A stretch of DNA of 64,000 nt from the IMG/VR virus record IMGVR_UViG_3300027766_000002. The stretch is one strand, 5' to 3'. The notes below the pieces were generated by a model, which saw only the letters and a list, made by a program, of their open reading frames with translations, did no database searches and had not been told where the DNA came from. The position numbers and the translations under genes are program-made. This DNA comes from a virus (Duplodnaviria > Heunggongvirae > Uroviricota > Caudoviricetes). This document shows positions 27,935-37,300 of this stretch, piece by piece (positions within the stretch are counted from its first letter, which is position 1; each line of letters begins with the position of its first letter).

Positions 27935-28939
27935 ATGTCATCAGCATTAATGAACCTTCTGAGCAAAGCTCGCGGCGACATCGCAGCTAAACGTGGTAAC
28001 AACGTCGATATGGCTCGCCTGAAGGATGGCGATAACTACCTGCGTCTGTTCCCAAACAAAGACGATCCTGACGGCGTCTTCTATCAAACGTGGGGTATGC
28101 ACTTCGTTAAGTACCAGAACGACGAAGGCAAAGAAGCAACCACCGCTTACGTGTGTGATCAGCACACCCATGGTCGTGCTTGCCAGCTGTGCGAAATGGT
28201 GATGGAAGGTAAAGCTCGTCACAAAGGCAACAAAGCAATGGAAGACCGCATTCAGGCAATGCGCGCCACTCCACGCTATCTGGTTAACGGCGTACTTTCT
28301 GCTCGTGAAGATTTCGCTGATGCGAAAGAAACCCAGCTGATTGAACTGCCAGCAACCGTGTTCGATGACATTCTGAAAGTTATCGGCGAAGACCTTTCCG
28401 ATGAAATTGGTAACCCGCTGAGCAAAACTGAAGGCTATGCGTTCTGCATTACCCGTACCGGTTCTGGTCGCGACACCAAATACAGCGTGTCGCCTAAGCG
28501 TAAAGTCTTCAAAGGCAACATCGAAGACAAGTTCTGGAACAAGCAGCATGACCTGATTGCTTTCGCAAACCAGGCTGACGAAACCAAATTGCTGGCTACC
28601 ACGCGTCATATGAGCCGTCAGATTGGAATCGCTGCACCTTCTGCGATTGCCGCTGTTAAATCAACAACCAACTCAGCAGCAGCACTGCCAGGCTTCGGCT
28701 CCATCACCGGCCACGACGACGCCCCAGCGACTACTCACGGTGCAGCAGCTGTTGCGCGTGAAGAGACCCCGGCGCCATCGTCCATCGTTGATGAAGAGGT
28801 TGCTCGTGCGGTTGAAGCTGAGTTCGTGCCAGAAGCTGAAAAAGTTGCTGAGCCAGTGGCGGCAACGCCAGCGGCAGAAGCACCTGCAGCAGCAGACCCG
28901 GCACTGGATTCACTTCTGGCTGAGCTAGAAGGTCTGTAA
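27935..28939 (+). CDS. Putative gp32-like single-stranded DNA-binding protein with an acidic Ala/Pro/Glu-rich C-terminal tail
   Basis: Preceded by ATGGAGAAACACATG. It has a basic N-terminus and an LRLFP segment like gp32 LKLD…IRFLP. An H/C cluster YVCDQHTHGRACQLC has gp32-like Zn-ligand spacing. The C-terminal tail is acidic. Confidence 0.5.
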   Translation: MSSALMNLLSKARGDIAAKRGNNVDMARLKDGDNYLRLFPNKDDPDGVFYQTWGMHFVKYQNDEGKEATTAYVCDQHTHGRACQLCEMVMEGKARHKGNKAMEDRIQAMRATPRYLVNGVLSAREDFADAKETQLIELPATVFDDILKVIGEDLSDEIGNPLSKTEGYAFCITRTGSGRDTKYSVSPKRKVFKGNIEDKFWNKQHDLIAFANQADETKLLATTRHMSRQIGIAAPSAIAAVKSTTNSAAALPGFGSITGHDDAPATTHGAAAVAREETPAPSSIVDEEVARAVEAEFVPEAEKVAEPVAATPAAEAPAAADPALDSLLAELEGL

Positions 28940-28956
28940 TCGTCGAATAGACGGAA

Positions 28957-28987
28957 AGAAGGCGTCTTCGGACGCCTTACTTTTTGG
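28957..28987 (+). terminator. Rho-independent terminator (UUCG tetraloop)
   Basis: aaggcgtcttcggacgcctt followed by a T-run. An identical 20-mer recurs at 57667. Confidence 0.6.
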
Positions 28988-28999
28988 AAGGAGCATACC

Positions 29000-29950
29000 T
29001 TGAACTACTTATTCGTCGATGGTAACAGCCTCGGCTACTACCACCAGCAGCAGAAAGAGAAACTTCACAACGGTGAAATGGAAGTGCAGGCGATTTTCGG
29101 CTTCGTCAAAAACGTTCGTCGTTACGCCTCCATCCTTCACGCGCGGCCAATTGTCTTTTGGGACGGATTCAGCGATCGCCGCCGTTCGTTTTACCCAGAG
29201 TACAAATCCAACCGAGACGACAACCCAGAAATGCTGAAGATGAAAGAAGGCTTTTCCAAGCAAAAGCCTTACATCGTCAACATGATGAAAGTGCTGGGCG
29301 TAAACCAGTTCACGGCCAAAGATGGCGAAGCTGATGATCTGGCCGGCATGTTCGTTGAGAAGTTAGTTAATTCACCTGCAGTTGAGCACATCTATCTGCT
29401 CACTGGCGATCAGGACTGGCTTCAGCTGGTTAGCGAAAAGGTTACATGGGTGACAGTACGAGCCGACGCCCAGCATAAACAGATCAACTTCGAGCAGTTT
29501 TCGGAGCTTACTGGCTATGCAACTCCCCGCGGCTTTCTCGAAGGCAAAGCACTTCAGGGCGACAAGTCCGACAATATTGCTGCTGTAGGTGGCATTGGTG
29601 ACGGTGGCGCCAAGGAGATCATTGCAGAGTACGGCAGCGTTGTAACGATGGTGCGGGGCATTATGGACGGCAGCATTGTCATCGACAAAGGTCGCCATAA
29701 AACAGCATTCAACAACCTGGCCAAGAACGCTTTCAACGAGAAAACCAAATGTCGGATGCTCGAAGCCTTCAAGCGCAACATGTCACTGATGAACCTCATC
29801 AAAACTCAATTCCCACCGACTGTAATCGAGCCAGTAAAAGCTGAGCGCGACCAGAAAGCATTTGAGCAAATGTGCCTGGAGCTTAACTTCCGGTCGTTCC
29901 TTGAAGATATGGACGTGTTCAAGCTGCCATTCGAAAGGTACTGCGCATGA
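29000..29950 (+). CDS. 5'-3' exonuclease / flap endonuclease (RNase H-like, T4 Rnh/T5 D15 type), TTG start
   Basis: N-terminal LFVDGNSLGYY, the GEADDL acidic cluster, and the helix-3-turn-helix motif LQGDKSDNIAAVGGIG. Confidence 0.75.
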   Translation: MNYLFVDGNSLGYYHQQQKEKLHNGEMEVQAIFGFVKNVRRYASILHARPIVFWDGFSDRRRSFYPEYKSNRDDNPEMLKMKEGFSKQKPYIVNMMKVLGVNQFTAKDGEADDLAGMFVEKLVNSPAVEHIYLLTGDQDWLQLVSEKVTWVTVRADAQHKQINFEQFSELTGYATPRGFLEGKALQGDKSDNIAAVGGIGDGGAKEIIAEYGSVVTMVRGIMDGSIVIDKGRHKTAFNNLAKNAFNEKTKCRMLEAFKRNMSLMNLIKTQFPPTVIEPVKAERDQKAFEQMCLELNFRSFLEDMDVFKLPFERYCA

Positions 29951-30207
29951 TCCGCTCTTTGTTCACCGGACACCCATCAACCTACACCGCGCTGGCCAAA
30001 GAGGTCGTTTTCCTTCATGGGGAAAGCGCAGTGACCTGTCTGCCAACAATTCTGTCACGCGCCGGGATGAGCGTTACCAAACGCGAGCTGGGGAAGGTTT
30101 CAGATCAGGTTGTGAAAATGCTGTCACGCGTAAAGAAAAACCTTAATTGCGACTCGATTGAGTGGAACGAGGCGAAAGCCGCAGAACGTATAAAACCACA
30201 AGGATAA
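29947..30207 (+). CDS. Hypothetical protein
   Basis: ATGA overlap with the upstream gene. 86 aa. Confidence 0.35.
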   Translation: MIRSLFTGHPSTYTALAKEVVFLHGESAVTCLPTILSRAGMSVTKRELGKVSDQVVKMLSRVKKNLNCDSIEWNEAKAAERIKPQG

Positions 30208-30212
30208 AACAC

Positions 30213-31289
30213 ATGGCTAAATCAAAACTCGCTCAGGCGCTGAATAAAGCGATGGGCAAAAATGACACTATCCAGAAAGTCGAGCAGTGGCTCGATACCG
30301 GATATGCTCCACTGAATCGCGCCATTTCTGGCCGCTACGATGGCGGTATGCCAGCTGGTCGCATCGTTGAGATCTTCGGTCCACCTTCTGCCGGCAAAAC
30401 GTTTCTCGCCACCAGAGCGATGATTGCTGCTCAGCGTATGGGTGGCGTTGCAGCCTTCTTTGACCACGAAAACAGCTTTGATGTTGGCCTAGCGGTGGGC
30501 ATGGGATTAGATGCTGACGAAGATGAAGGCTTTTGGGTGTACAAGCAGCCAAACACCTTCGAGGACTCAGTGGAAAACATCGGCATCCTGCTTAACACCA
30601 TCCGTAGCAACGAGCTGATCCCCAAAGATGCGCCGATCGTCATCGTGACCGACTCACTGGCATCAATGGTGCCGCGCTCGAAAGCAGAGAAGTTCACCAA
30701 GATGGCTGAAGGCACTGCGAAGGATAAAGACGAGCTGAACATGAACGACAACACGGCTCTGGCGCGCGCAACTTCAGCGAACTTCCCTACCCTTGCCCAA
30801 TGGTGCCGCCAGTACAACTGTCTTCTGATCGTGCTGAACCAGGTGCGTACCAAGATTGGCGTGATGTTTGGCGATCCGACCACTTCACCCGGTGGTGATT
30901 CACCGAAGTTCTACGCTTCTGTGCGCATCCGTTTGGGTGCAAGCCAGCTGAAGGATGGCAAAGAGAAGATCGGCCAGTGCGTCGGTGCTGAAGTCGTTAA
31001 AAACAAAGTGGCGCCGCCATTCGAGAAATGCAGCTGGAATTTCTATTACGACACTAACCGCGGCCTCGATGTGGTGGAGTCACTGGTTGAGCATATGCTT
31101 GAAGAAGGCTTGCTACCAAAGAACTCTTCTGGCCGCGTTGAGATTGGCGATAAGAAATACACCAAATCTCAGATCGTCGATATGTACCGCCAAAAGCCGA
31201 TGGAAGAAATCGTTGCGGCGCTGGCCAAGATTGACAGCGATAAGCGCGCCAAAGTTGAGGCCGCGAAAGAGACCGCTGAAGTAGAGTAA
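30213..31289 (+). CDS. RecA/UvsX-family recombinase
   Basis: Walker A region GRIVEIFGPPSAGKTFLA, closely similar to RecA. Preceded by AAGGATAAAACACATG. Confidence 0.65.
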   Translation: MAKSKLAQALNKAMGKNDTIQKVEQWLDTGYAPLNRAISGRYDGGMPAGRIVEIFGPPSAGKTFLATRAMIAAQRMGGVAAFFDHENSFDVGLAVGMGLDADEDEGFWVYKQPNTFEDSVENIGILLNTIRSNELIPKDAPIVIVTDSLASMVPRSKAEKFTKMAEGTAKDKDELNMNDNTALARATSANFPTLAQWCRQYNCLLIVLNQVRTKIGVMFGDPTTSPGGDSPKFYASVRIRLGASQLKDGKEKIGQCVGAEVVKNKVAPPFEKCSWNFYYDTNRGLDVVESLVEHMLEEGLLPKNSSGRVEIGDKKYTKSQIVDMYRQKPMEEIVAALAKIDSDKRAKVEAAKETAEVE

Positions 31290-31315
31290 TGAGGCTAACA
31301 AATAGCCATTTAATC

Positions 31316-31346
31316 GAGGGGTGCTAACGCACCCCTTCTTTTTTGA
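31316..31346 (+). terminator. Rho-independent terminator
   Basis: gggtgctaacgcaccc hairpin followed by TTCTTTTTT. Confidence 0.6.
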
Positions 31347-31406
31347 TTGCAATTAGGTAGGTAACTACCTATTTTATATAAGCACTATAAAACATCGGAA
31401 AAACAC

Positions 31407-31595
31407 ATGATTAAGTTCTACACCTTCACAATTGGAGTGATTGCATCTGCCTTAGCGGTGTATCGATTCATTGTGCCAGCACTGTTCTCACTGAGTGATG
31501 ATTTCGCCATGGTTTTGGCCGTTGTTATCGCTCTTTCTTATCCGGTCGCCCTGGTGACCATCTCTAAAAAAGTATGGAAACGCAAAAAGAAATGA
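31407..31595 (+). CDS. Small membrane protein (NfeD-like partner, tentative)
   Basis: 62 aa with two hydrophobic helices. Preceded by GGAAAAACACATG. Its stop overlaps the next gene's start. Confidence 0.4.
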   Translation: MIKFYTFTIGVIASALAVYRFIVPALFSLSDDFAMVLAVVIALSYPVALVTISKKVWKRKKK

Positions 31596-32437
31596 AAAAG
31601 GTAATTGTCGCTCTGCTACTGGCAGCATCCGCATTCACGCTAACAGCGTGTGATCGTGAAACCGTCCCTGCGGGCTACGTTGGTGTGAAAGTCGATCTGT
31701 ATGGCACTGAGAAGGGCGTACAGCAGCAGGTTGTTGGTGTTGGCCGCTACTGGCTGACCATTAACGAAGAGCTGTACAAGTTCCCAACGTTTAACCAGCT
31801 GCACACGTATCATGACCCGTTCGTCTTCCAGACTTCAGACAGTATGACTATCTCCGCGCATGTTGGTGTTGAGTACGCTGTCGAATCTGACAAGGTGGCC
31901 AAAGTGTTCCAGACGTATCGCAAAGGTGTGGACGACATCACCACCAGCAACCTGCGTCAGAACATTTCAGATGCGCTGATCAAGCACTCTACTGATATGA
32001 ACATCACGCAGCTGGCTGCCGGTGGCAAAACTAAATTGCTTGATGCCGTGACCAAGGATCTACGCGCCAGTCTTGAGCCTATTGGCATCCACATCGTGAA
32101 ACTGAGCTGGACGACTGACCTGGATTATCCAAAGCAGGTTAAAGACTCCATTAACGCCAAGATCGAAGCAAACCAGAAAGCAGCGCGGGTAGAGAACGAA
32201 GTCGCTCAATCCAAAGCTGAAGCCCAAAAGGCTATCGAGTTGGCGCGAGGTGAAGCCGAATCCAATCGCATTCGTGCTGAAGCGGAGGCTAACGCTATCA
32301 CCCTGCGCGGCCAGGCGCTTCGTAGTAATCCTGAAGTGCTGCAACTGGAGGCGATCAATCGCTGGGATGGCAAGACGCCTGTTTATGTCGCTGGAGGCGG
32401 CAATAGCGCCCCACCATTCGTTCAGTTCAAGCCGTAA
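31592..32437 (+). CDS. SPFH/band-7 (stomatin/prohibitin-like) lipoprotein
   Basis: Signal peptide with a lipobox LTAC, a central SPFH-like domain, and a C-terminal coiled-coil EAQKAIELARGEAESNRIRAEAEA. Confidence 0.55.
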   Translation: MKKVIVALLLAASAFTLTACDRETVPAGYVGVKVDLYGTEKGVQQQVVGVGRYWLTINEELYKFPTFNQLHTYHDPFVFQTSDSMTISAHVGVEYAVESDKVAKVFQTYRKGVDDITTSNLRQNISDALIKHSTDMNITQLAAGGKTKLLDAVTKDLRASLEPIGIHIVKLSWTTDLDYPKQVKDSINAKIEANQKAARVENEVAQSKAEAQKAIELARGEAESNRIRAEAEANAITLRGQALRSNPEVLQLEAINRWDGKTPVYVAGGGNSAPPFVQFKP

Positions 32438-32444
32438 CAAACGC

Positions 32445-32474
32445 AAGGCGTCCAGTTGGACGCCTTTTTCTTTC
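32445..32474 (+). terminator. Rho-independent terminator
   Basis: ggcgtccagttggacgcc followed by TTTTTC. Confidence 0.55.
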
Positions 32475-32512
32475 TGTCATTATGACCCACAAGAAAACAA
32501 CTTGTTTGCTGA

Positions 32513-32755
32513 GTGAATATGAAATTCAAACACATACCACTTATTGACGTTACAACGCCCCGCTCCTTTCGGATCGCGATAGTTGACTGCTATTGGCTGA
32601 CCAAGGTAGAGAACGTTGTAACTAATGAGCGTTACGGGAACTACATGTACAACTCAGACAGACGCGTTGTGGAGCGAGTATTCGAACGTCACATTCAAGA
32701 GGATGGTTACAGTGTCACACATATCCCCCTCGCGTTTATTGAAAGGAGAGATTAA
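32513..32755 (+). CDS. Hypothetical protein
   Basis: 80 aa ORF. Confidence 0.35.
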   Translation: MNMKFKHIPLIDVTTPRSFRIAIVDCYWLTKVENVVTNERYGNYMYNSDRRVVERVFERHIQEDGYSVTHIPLAFIERRD

Positions 32756-33457
32756 GTGTCTTTTGCATTAGAACCCATTGAACCAGAAATGACCCAGGTT
32801 CGGGGCGATAACGTTTCAAACCACCCTGCTTTTGGGATGGTTTCAGTAAACCGCATCCACTCAACCGGCACTACCTTATTCGCTTCTGACCTTCGCCATG
32901 CTGAAATCATAGAGCTGGAGATCTACGAAGGCCAGATGGTTGAAAGGGATGGTGTGCAAAACCCGGCGCGCGCTACACGACGCCCTATAACATCTATCAG
33001 CCTCAGCTCATCTCAATGGGCGACTCTGGTTTGCAGCTTTGGCCTCGGCGAAGGTGTCCCATGTACGCTCAATCGCACTAAAACCGGCGATAGCGTTCGC
33101 ATTCCTCCCATCAAACGGATGGAGTCCACGCGTCAGCGATTTGACCGGAACATTGAAGAAGCAGCCCAGCGCCAGCTGGCAAACCTTGCTGAAGATCTGC
33201 AATCCCTCAGAACTTTAATGGCCAAGGGGAAAGCCGGTAAGCGCGAGCTGGAAGAGTTGTACCGTTCAATGTCTGCCCATCTGGGCAACCTGCCTAAAAA
33301 CCTATCGTTCTCAACCCAACTGATCCAAGAGTCGATGGACAGCATTGTGTCGGCCGGAAAAGCCGAATTAGAAGCGTCAGCCGTTGGCGTGGCACTTCGC
33401 CTAGGGATCAAAGAAATTGGCCGCCTGGCCGAACTGGAGAACAAAGCTGATGAGTAA
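32756..33457 (+). CDS. Hypothetical protein
   Basis: 233 aa ORF. Confidence 0.45.
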   Translation: MSFALEPIEPEMTQVRGDNVSNHPAFGMVSVNRIHSTGTTLFASDLRHAEIIELEIYEGQMVERDGVQNPARATRRPITSISLSSSQWATLVCSFGLGEGVPCTLNRTKTGDSVRIPPIKRMESTRQRFDRNIEEAAQRQLANLAEDLQSLRTLMAKGKAGKRELEELYRSMSAHLGNLPKNLSFSTQLIQESMDSIVSAGKAELEASAVGVALRLGIKEIGRLAELENKADE

Positions 33458-33806
33458 CATCGAAGGTATCAAATGGGTGGCTGATGGTGAGCCGAATTTC
33501 TACACGCTGCTTTCAGACAAGAACTGGTTCGGGAAACTCCAGATGAACGGAGAGATGCACACCGTCGCGCAGGAGAAGTTTTTAAATGGCCTGTTCCCAC
33601 ACTTGAAAGAAGAGGCGAGTAAGTCAGTAACGCCGCTCACACCTGTAAAAATAATCGAAATCATGATCGATTGGCTGGAGTGCAACGTGGATATGGGCAC
33701 ACCTATCATCTTTGACAATGATGATGACAACACTGATTCGGCAAAAGCCTTGCCAGCTATGTACGAAGCTCTGCGCATTCTTCGAGGTATAGGGGGGCAA
33801 TCTTGA
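33417..33806 (+). CDS. Hypothetical protein
   Basis: 129 aa ORF. Confidence 0.4.
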   Translation: MAAWPNWRTKLMSNIEGIKWVADGEPNFYTLLSDKNWFGKLQMNGEMHTVAQEKFLNGLFPHLKEEASKSVTPLTPVKIIEIMIDWLECNVDMGTPIIFDNDDDNTDSAKALPAMYEALRILRGIGGQS

Positions 33807-34146
33807 CTGTTGTATGCGAAAGCGTGTGGCCGGGTGTCGATTGGTTTACTCCGGGTAAGGAGTATAGCGGTGTGTCAGATTCTGATGGCCAGGCGCTGCA
33901 TACCACTGACGACTTTGGGGAAGATGCCCTGATCTTCATTGACCACTCTCATCACGGCATCTTCAAGACCAAGAAGGATTAACTGATGGTAAGCCAGCAG
34001 AAAGATGACAAGGCGGCTGAGCGCCAGAGATGGATTGCGGAAGGCGTAGAACTCGCCATAAGTCACCTTGAAAGATCTGACTTTGGTGAAGAAAACGACA
34101 TTCGCCTACTTCGCGAATTGTCTCTAAAACTCAAAAAGGAAATGCC

Positions 34147-34593
34147 ATGACCAGTAAACCAAAGGGAAGCGCTCTGACAGCGCTTTACAGCGCTTCTAAC
34201 GCTGCGCTTGATGAAGTAGACCAGTTAAGAGCGGATGGCTTCCCGCAGCCATTGTGGGCTGAATCCATGCGCACTGCGATTGGGGAAATGGGCGCCCCCG
34301 ATGTGGCTGAGAATGAGCAACCCTGGCAAAAGCTGATCCGCGTGTATGCCGAAGAGATTGGGCCGACACCAGAACCAGAGCAAGCATTGCTGCTGAAGCT
34401 GTTCAAGGAGGCAGGTGAGAACTTACCAATTTGGCCAGGCACTTGCCACGAGGTTTTTCATTCGCAATTTAGAAAGATCGACATCTTTGAAAATTCAGTA
34501 GATGGCAAAGAGGCGATCGTCTGGTTCCTCCTTCACCTGGATGATTGCTTCCCCCGAGTAGCCGCGAAGATGTGGCCTGTAGATAACAATTAA
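34147..34593 (+). CDS. Hypothetical protein
   Basis: 148 aa ORF. A 56-codon ORF at 33976..34146 ends in ATGA on its start. Confidence 0.45.
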   Translation: MTSKPKGSALTALYSASNAALDEVDQLRADGFPQPLWAESMRTAIGEMGAPDVAENEQPWQKLIRVYAEEIGPTPEPEQALLLKLFKEAGENLPIWPGTCHEVFHSQFRKIDIFENSVDGKEAIVWFLLHLDDCFPRVAAKMWPVDNN

Positions 34594-34653
34594 TCGCCTA
34601 TTTAAGTCAAATATAATTAAGTAACCAACAACTTATAATAAGGGTATAAACAC

Positions 34654-34923
34654 ATGAAAACGCTTGTCAGAATCCACTCAAGTTGTGATTTCTCAGTCTT
34701 CCCTCTGTTCATTGTTGAAGCAGGGAATGAGGAACTGATGGACGAGGCCATTGAACGCGCTATTAACAAATGCACCGGCTATGACGATGACCAGATAACC
34801 ATCGACGAGAGCAATGTACGCTGGCGCGGCAGCCAATGTTGGTATCAGGAAGATACCCAACCGCTCTCCAATGAGGATGCAGAAACACTGGTGAGGATCT
34901 TATCGTTAGAAACCTACAGCTAA
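34654..34923 (+). CDS. Hypothetical protein
   Basis: Preceded by AAGGGTATAAACACATG. 89 aa. Confidence 0.45.
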   Translation: MKTLVRIHSSCDFSVFPLFIVEAGNEELMDEAIERAINKCTGYDDDQITIDESNVRWRGSQCWYQEDTQPLSNEDAETLVRILSLETYS

Positions 34924-35124
34924 CGCTTTCCTTACATTTCAAAAATAGGTTACTATCTACCTATCTTATGGAGTTCGCATGACAGTAGCTTTGCAATTAA
35001 CCTCTCTCCTTCTGGTACTTTTATGCCGTCAGATGAAGAAAGCCTTCGAGCCAATGCCCGGGCGCGTTTATTACCCCTTCATGCTCAGCACCGCATTATT
35101 CATGTTCCTGTCGCCGGTGCTGAA

Positions 35125-35490
35125 ATGAAACGGATCTCGTTAATCGCATTATTGATGCTTCCCACTTTAGCCCAGGCTAACAGCCTGAAAACGTTGCAGT
35201 GTCACGCTGCCATCGTTCATTCAGTTGGAGAGCGAATCACTGGAGTTTCAGAGCGGATGACCGGTGTGCTGGTCGTTGACAGCGGTATGGAGTTTTACGC
35301 GCTGCTCGGCTCTACGATTTACAAGTCTCCCCCGCTGAAATCGCGGAAGAAGATGAAATTTGGTGTTGGCTCGGATGGCCAGACCTTTATTAAAAAGGAT
35401 GCCGTGTACAGCGTGTCTTCTCAGGACACTAGTATCATATTTGACGAGTGTTCCGAGGTTAGTAATGATTTACACCATGCAGAAAAGTGA
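35125..35490 (+). CDS. Hypothetical secreted protein (signal peptide MKRISLIALLMLPTLAQA)
   Basis: Internal start of the listed ORF 35023..35490, chosen because it gives a canonical signal peptide. Confidence 0.35.
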   Translation: MKRISLIALLMLPTLAQANSLKTLQCHAAIVHSVGERITGVSERMTGVLVVDSGMEFYALLGSTIYKSPPLKSRKKMKFGVGSDGQTFIKKDAVYSVSSQDTSIIFDECSEVSNDLHHAEK

Positions 35491-35677
35491 GATCCAAAAA
35501 GAGAGCGGTTACTGGCGCGCAAAGGGCTTTAAGCGTGAAGGGAACGAAGAGCTTCTGGATCGCTGGGACTGCACCATCACCTTCAAGCGCAAGCAGTGGC
35601 AGCACTTCGATAAGCTGAAAAACGAAATGACGATCACCGCACCGACACTCTTTGGGCTTCTTAAGAAAATCATCTAA
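35468..35677 (+). CDS. Hypothetical small protein
   Basis: GAGG Shine-Dalgarno before the ATG at 35468. 69 aa. Confidence 0.3.
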   Translation: MYTMQKSEIQKESGYWRAKGFKREGNEELLDRWDCTITFKRKQWQHFDKLKNEMTITAPTLFGLLKKII

Positions 35678-35711
35678 CTGGTTATCAAGAATTGACTGAG
35701 GTATGTGGCTA

Positions 35712-35952
35712 TTACATACCGCAGTCAATGGCATTTGCCGAAGTACGCAACTCTACATACCGCAGTCAAGAAATCACATATTCTGGTTGGTTCAGGGTGG
35801 TTTTCATTGACTGCGGTATGCATATTACGTATCGCAGTCAAGATGGGATGTGAGACGCATATCTCAGTGAAGATTGCATACCGCAGTCAATATCACATAC
35901 CGCAGCCAATAAACCGCATATCGCAGTCAATAAACTGCATACCTCAGTCAAT
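35712..35952. repeat. Iteron array: about 9 copies of a 14-19 bp CATACCGCAGTCAA(T) repeat, one of them inverted
   Basis: Direct repeats seen at 35714, 35754, 35808 (inverted), 35828, 35878, 35897, 35916, 35930 and 35942. They lie immediately downstream of the repA stop, since repA is on the minus strand. Confidence 0.7.
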
Positions 35953-36967
35953 TTTCGGGTTTGGATTTAGCGAGGGCTTCTGCCAGTTTGACGGGATCTA
36001 TACCTGCAGTTTTCAAAGCCTTAATGACTTCGTCGTAGTTCTCTTCTGACGGCGGCTGCTCTTCAACCTTTTGTTTAGGCAGCTTAGAAGTCTGGATCAG
36101 CTTCGGATTGCGGTAGTGAACGACGAAGAAGGTGGAGTTTCCGCGTTTGGTTTCGGTGTATTCGAGGTACCCGATTTCTTTCAGTTGCTCCATGGCCTTT
36201 CTAACAGTGTGATTTTGCGTGTAAACGCTTGAAGTCAGGTTAAGCCGGTCACGAAGGCGCTTCATCGAAATGGGAGCGTGGTTCTGGGGTAGACTTTCAA
36301 TGAAGGTGTACAGAGCCTGGGCTGATTCTTTACGTGGCAGTGCATCAATGGCTTTAAGTCGAAGCAGCACACGCCTGTCCATGTCATAGAGTTCGAAGAG
36401 CTTAGGCTCAGCTTCTATTTCAACAACGTTTTCAACGACATCGTATGAGGCTGATTTTACCAGGTGTGTCACCCACCCTTTCGTATCGTTCTGGAACTTA
36501 AGCGTTACGGATGCCAATTTAAACAGGGAGTTACTGATACGATCTCGCATCTTCTGGTTGGAACGTCGGCTATCGAACCCACACATCTTAACGAACTCGA
36601 CAAACGTGAGCTTAAGCGCACTTCCCTGCACCCCATGCTCAGCCATTGAGCGAACGATCCCCAGCCATACCTTGAAATCAGTGTCCATATCCAAACGTGA
36701 CCCTGTAATTTTCACGTCGTTGTAGCCTTCGCTCTTGGCTATGGACAACTGGACAAGTTCTTCGGTCGCATCTGTGATATTTTTACGGTTGGTCTTGCTC
36801 TTACTCGTTGATTTTAGGGTAGGAACAAACAGGCCGAGACGCATGAGAGGAACCGGCTGAACAGTGCTGGAGCTGTTAATATCCAGTGAAACGATCTCAC
36901 CTGTCGATTTGTTTGTTTCTTCCAAATTCATCGGTAAGGTTTTGGATTTCTTGACCATTTTATGCAC
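35948..36967 (-). CDS. repA: Replication initiator RepA (Rep_3/iteron-plasmid type)
   Basis: 339 aa on the minus strand, flanked on both sides by iterons. Winged-helix-like initiator sequence features. Confidence 0.55.
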   Translation of the reverse strand: MHKMVKKSKTLPMNLEETNKSTGEIVSLDINSSSTVQPVPLMRLGLFVPTLKSTSKSKTNRKNITDATEELVQLSIAKSEGYNDVKITGSRLDMDTDFKVWLGIVRSMAEHGVQGSALKLTFVEFVKMCGFDSRRSNQKMRDRISNSLFKLASVTLKFQNDTKGWVTHLVKSASYDVVENVVEIEAEPKLFELYDMDRRVLLRLKAIDALPRKESAQALYTFIESLPQNHAPISMKRLRDRLNLTSSVYTQNHTVRKAMEQLKEIGYLEYTETKRGNSTFFVVHYRNPKLIQTSKLPKQKVEEQPPSEENYDEVIKALKTAGIDPVKLAEALAKSKPEN

Positions 36968-36994
36968 CAGCAGTTGTTCACATGCCGTAAGTGT

Positions 36995-37102
36995 AACTGC
37001 ATATCTCAGTCAAGGTAAATACATACCGCAGTTAATGGATTTGCGTACCGCAGTTGGTAGGTTCACATGTCGCAGTCATGATTCTGCACACTACAGTCAA
37101 GA
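36995..37102. repeat. Second iteron array upstream of repA (about 5 degenerate copies of TACCGCAGT)
   Basis: actgcatatctcagtcaagg, acataccgcagttaatgg, gtaccgcagttgg, catgtcgcagtcatg and cactacagtcaag. Confidence 0.6.
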
Positions 37103-37300
37103 TCGATCCTGTCTCAGCCCTGTGGTGGCGTGGGTTTGCGGCGATCGGGGATCTCTTTTGGATCTCCATTGGGATCACTTTAGGATCAATTTATTGGATC
37201 GACACTGTGGAAATTGGGGATAAGCAAAACAGGCAGTTGCAGCCTAACGCCAAATTTATGCGTTACAGTCGCAAATATTTCCACCAGCAAGAGTAGACCA

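Noticed and set aside
27947-28609. 220-aa minus-strand ORF
   Set aside because: It is antisense to the SSB-like gene, which has the conserved initiation motif and sensible domain features. Shadow ORF.
35700-37110. Repeat arrays that could superficially be taken for a CRISPR array
   Set aside because: The repeats are 14-19 bp with irregular spacing and mixed orientation. They flank a Rep-type initiator gene on both sides. There are no uniform spacers and no cas genes. They are iterons.
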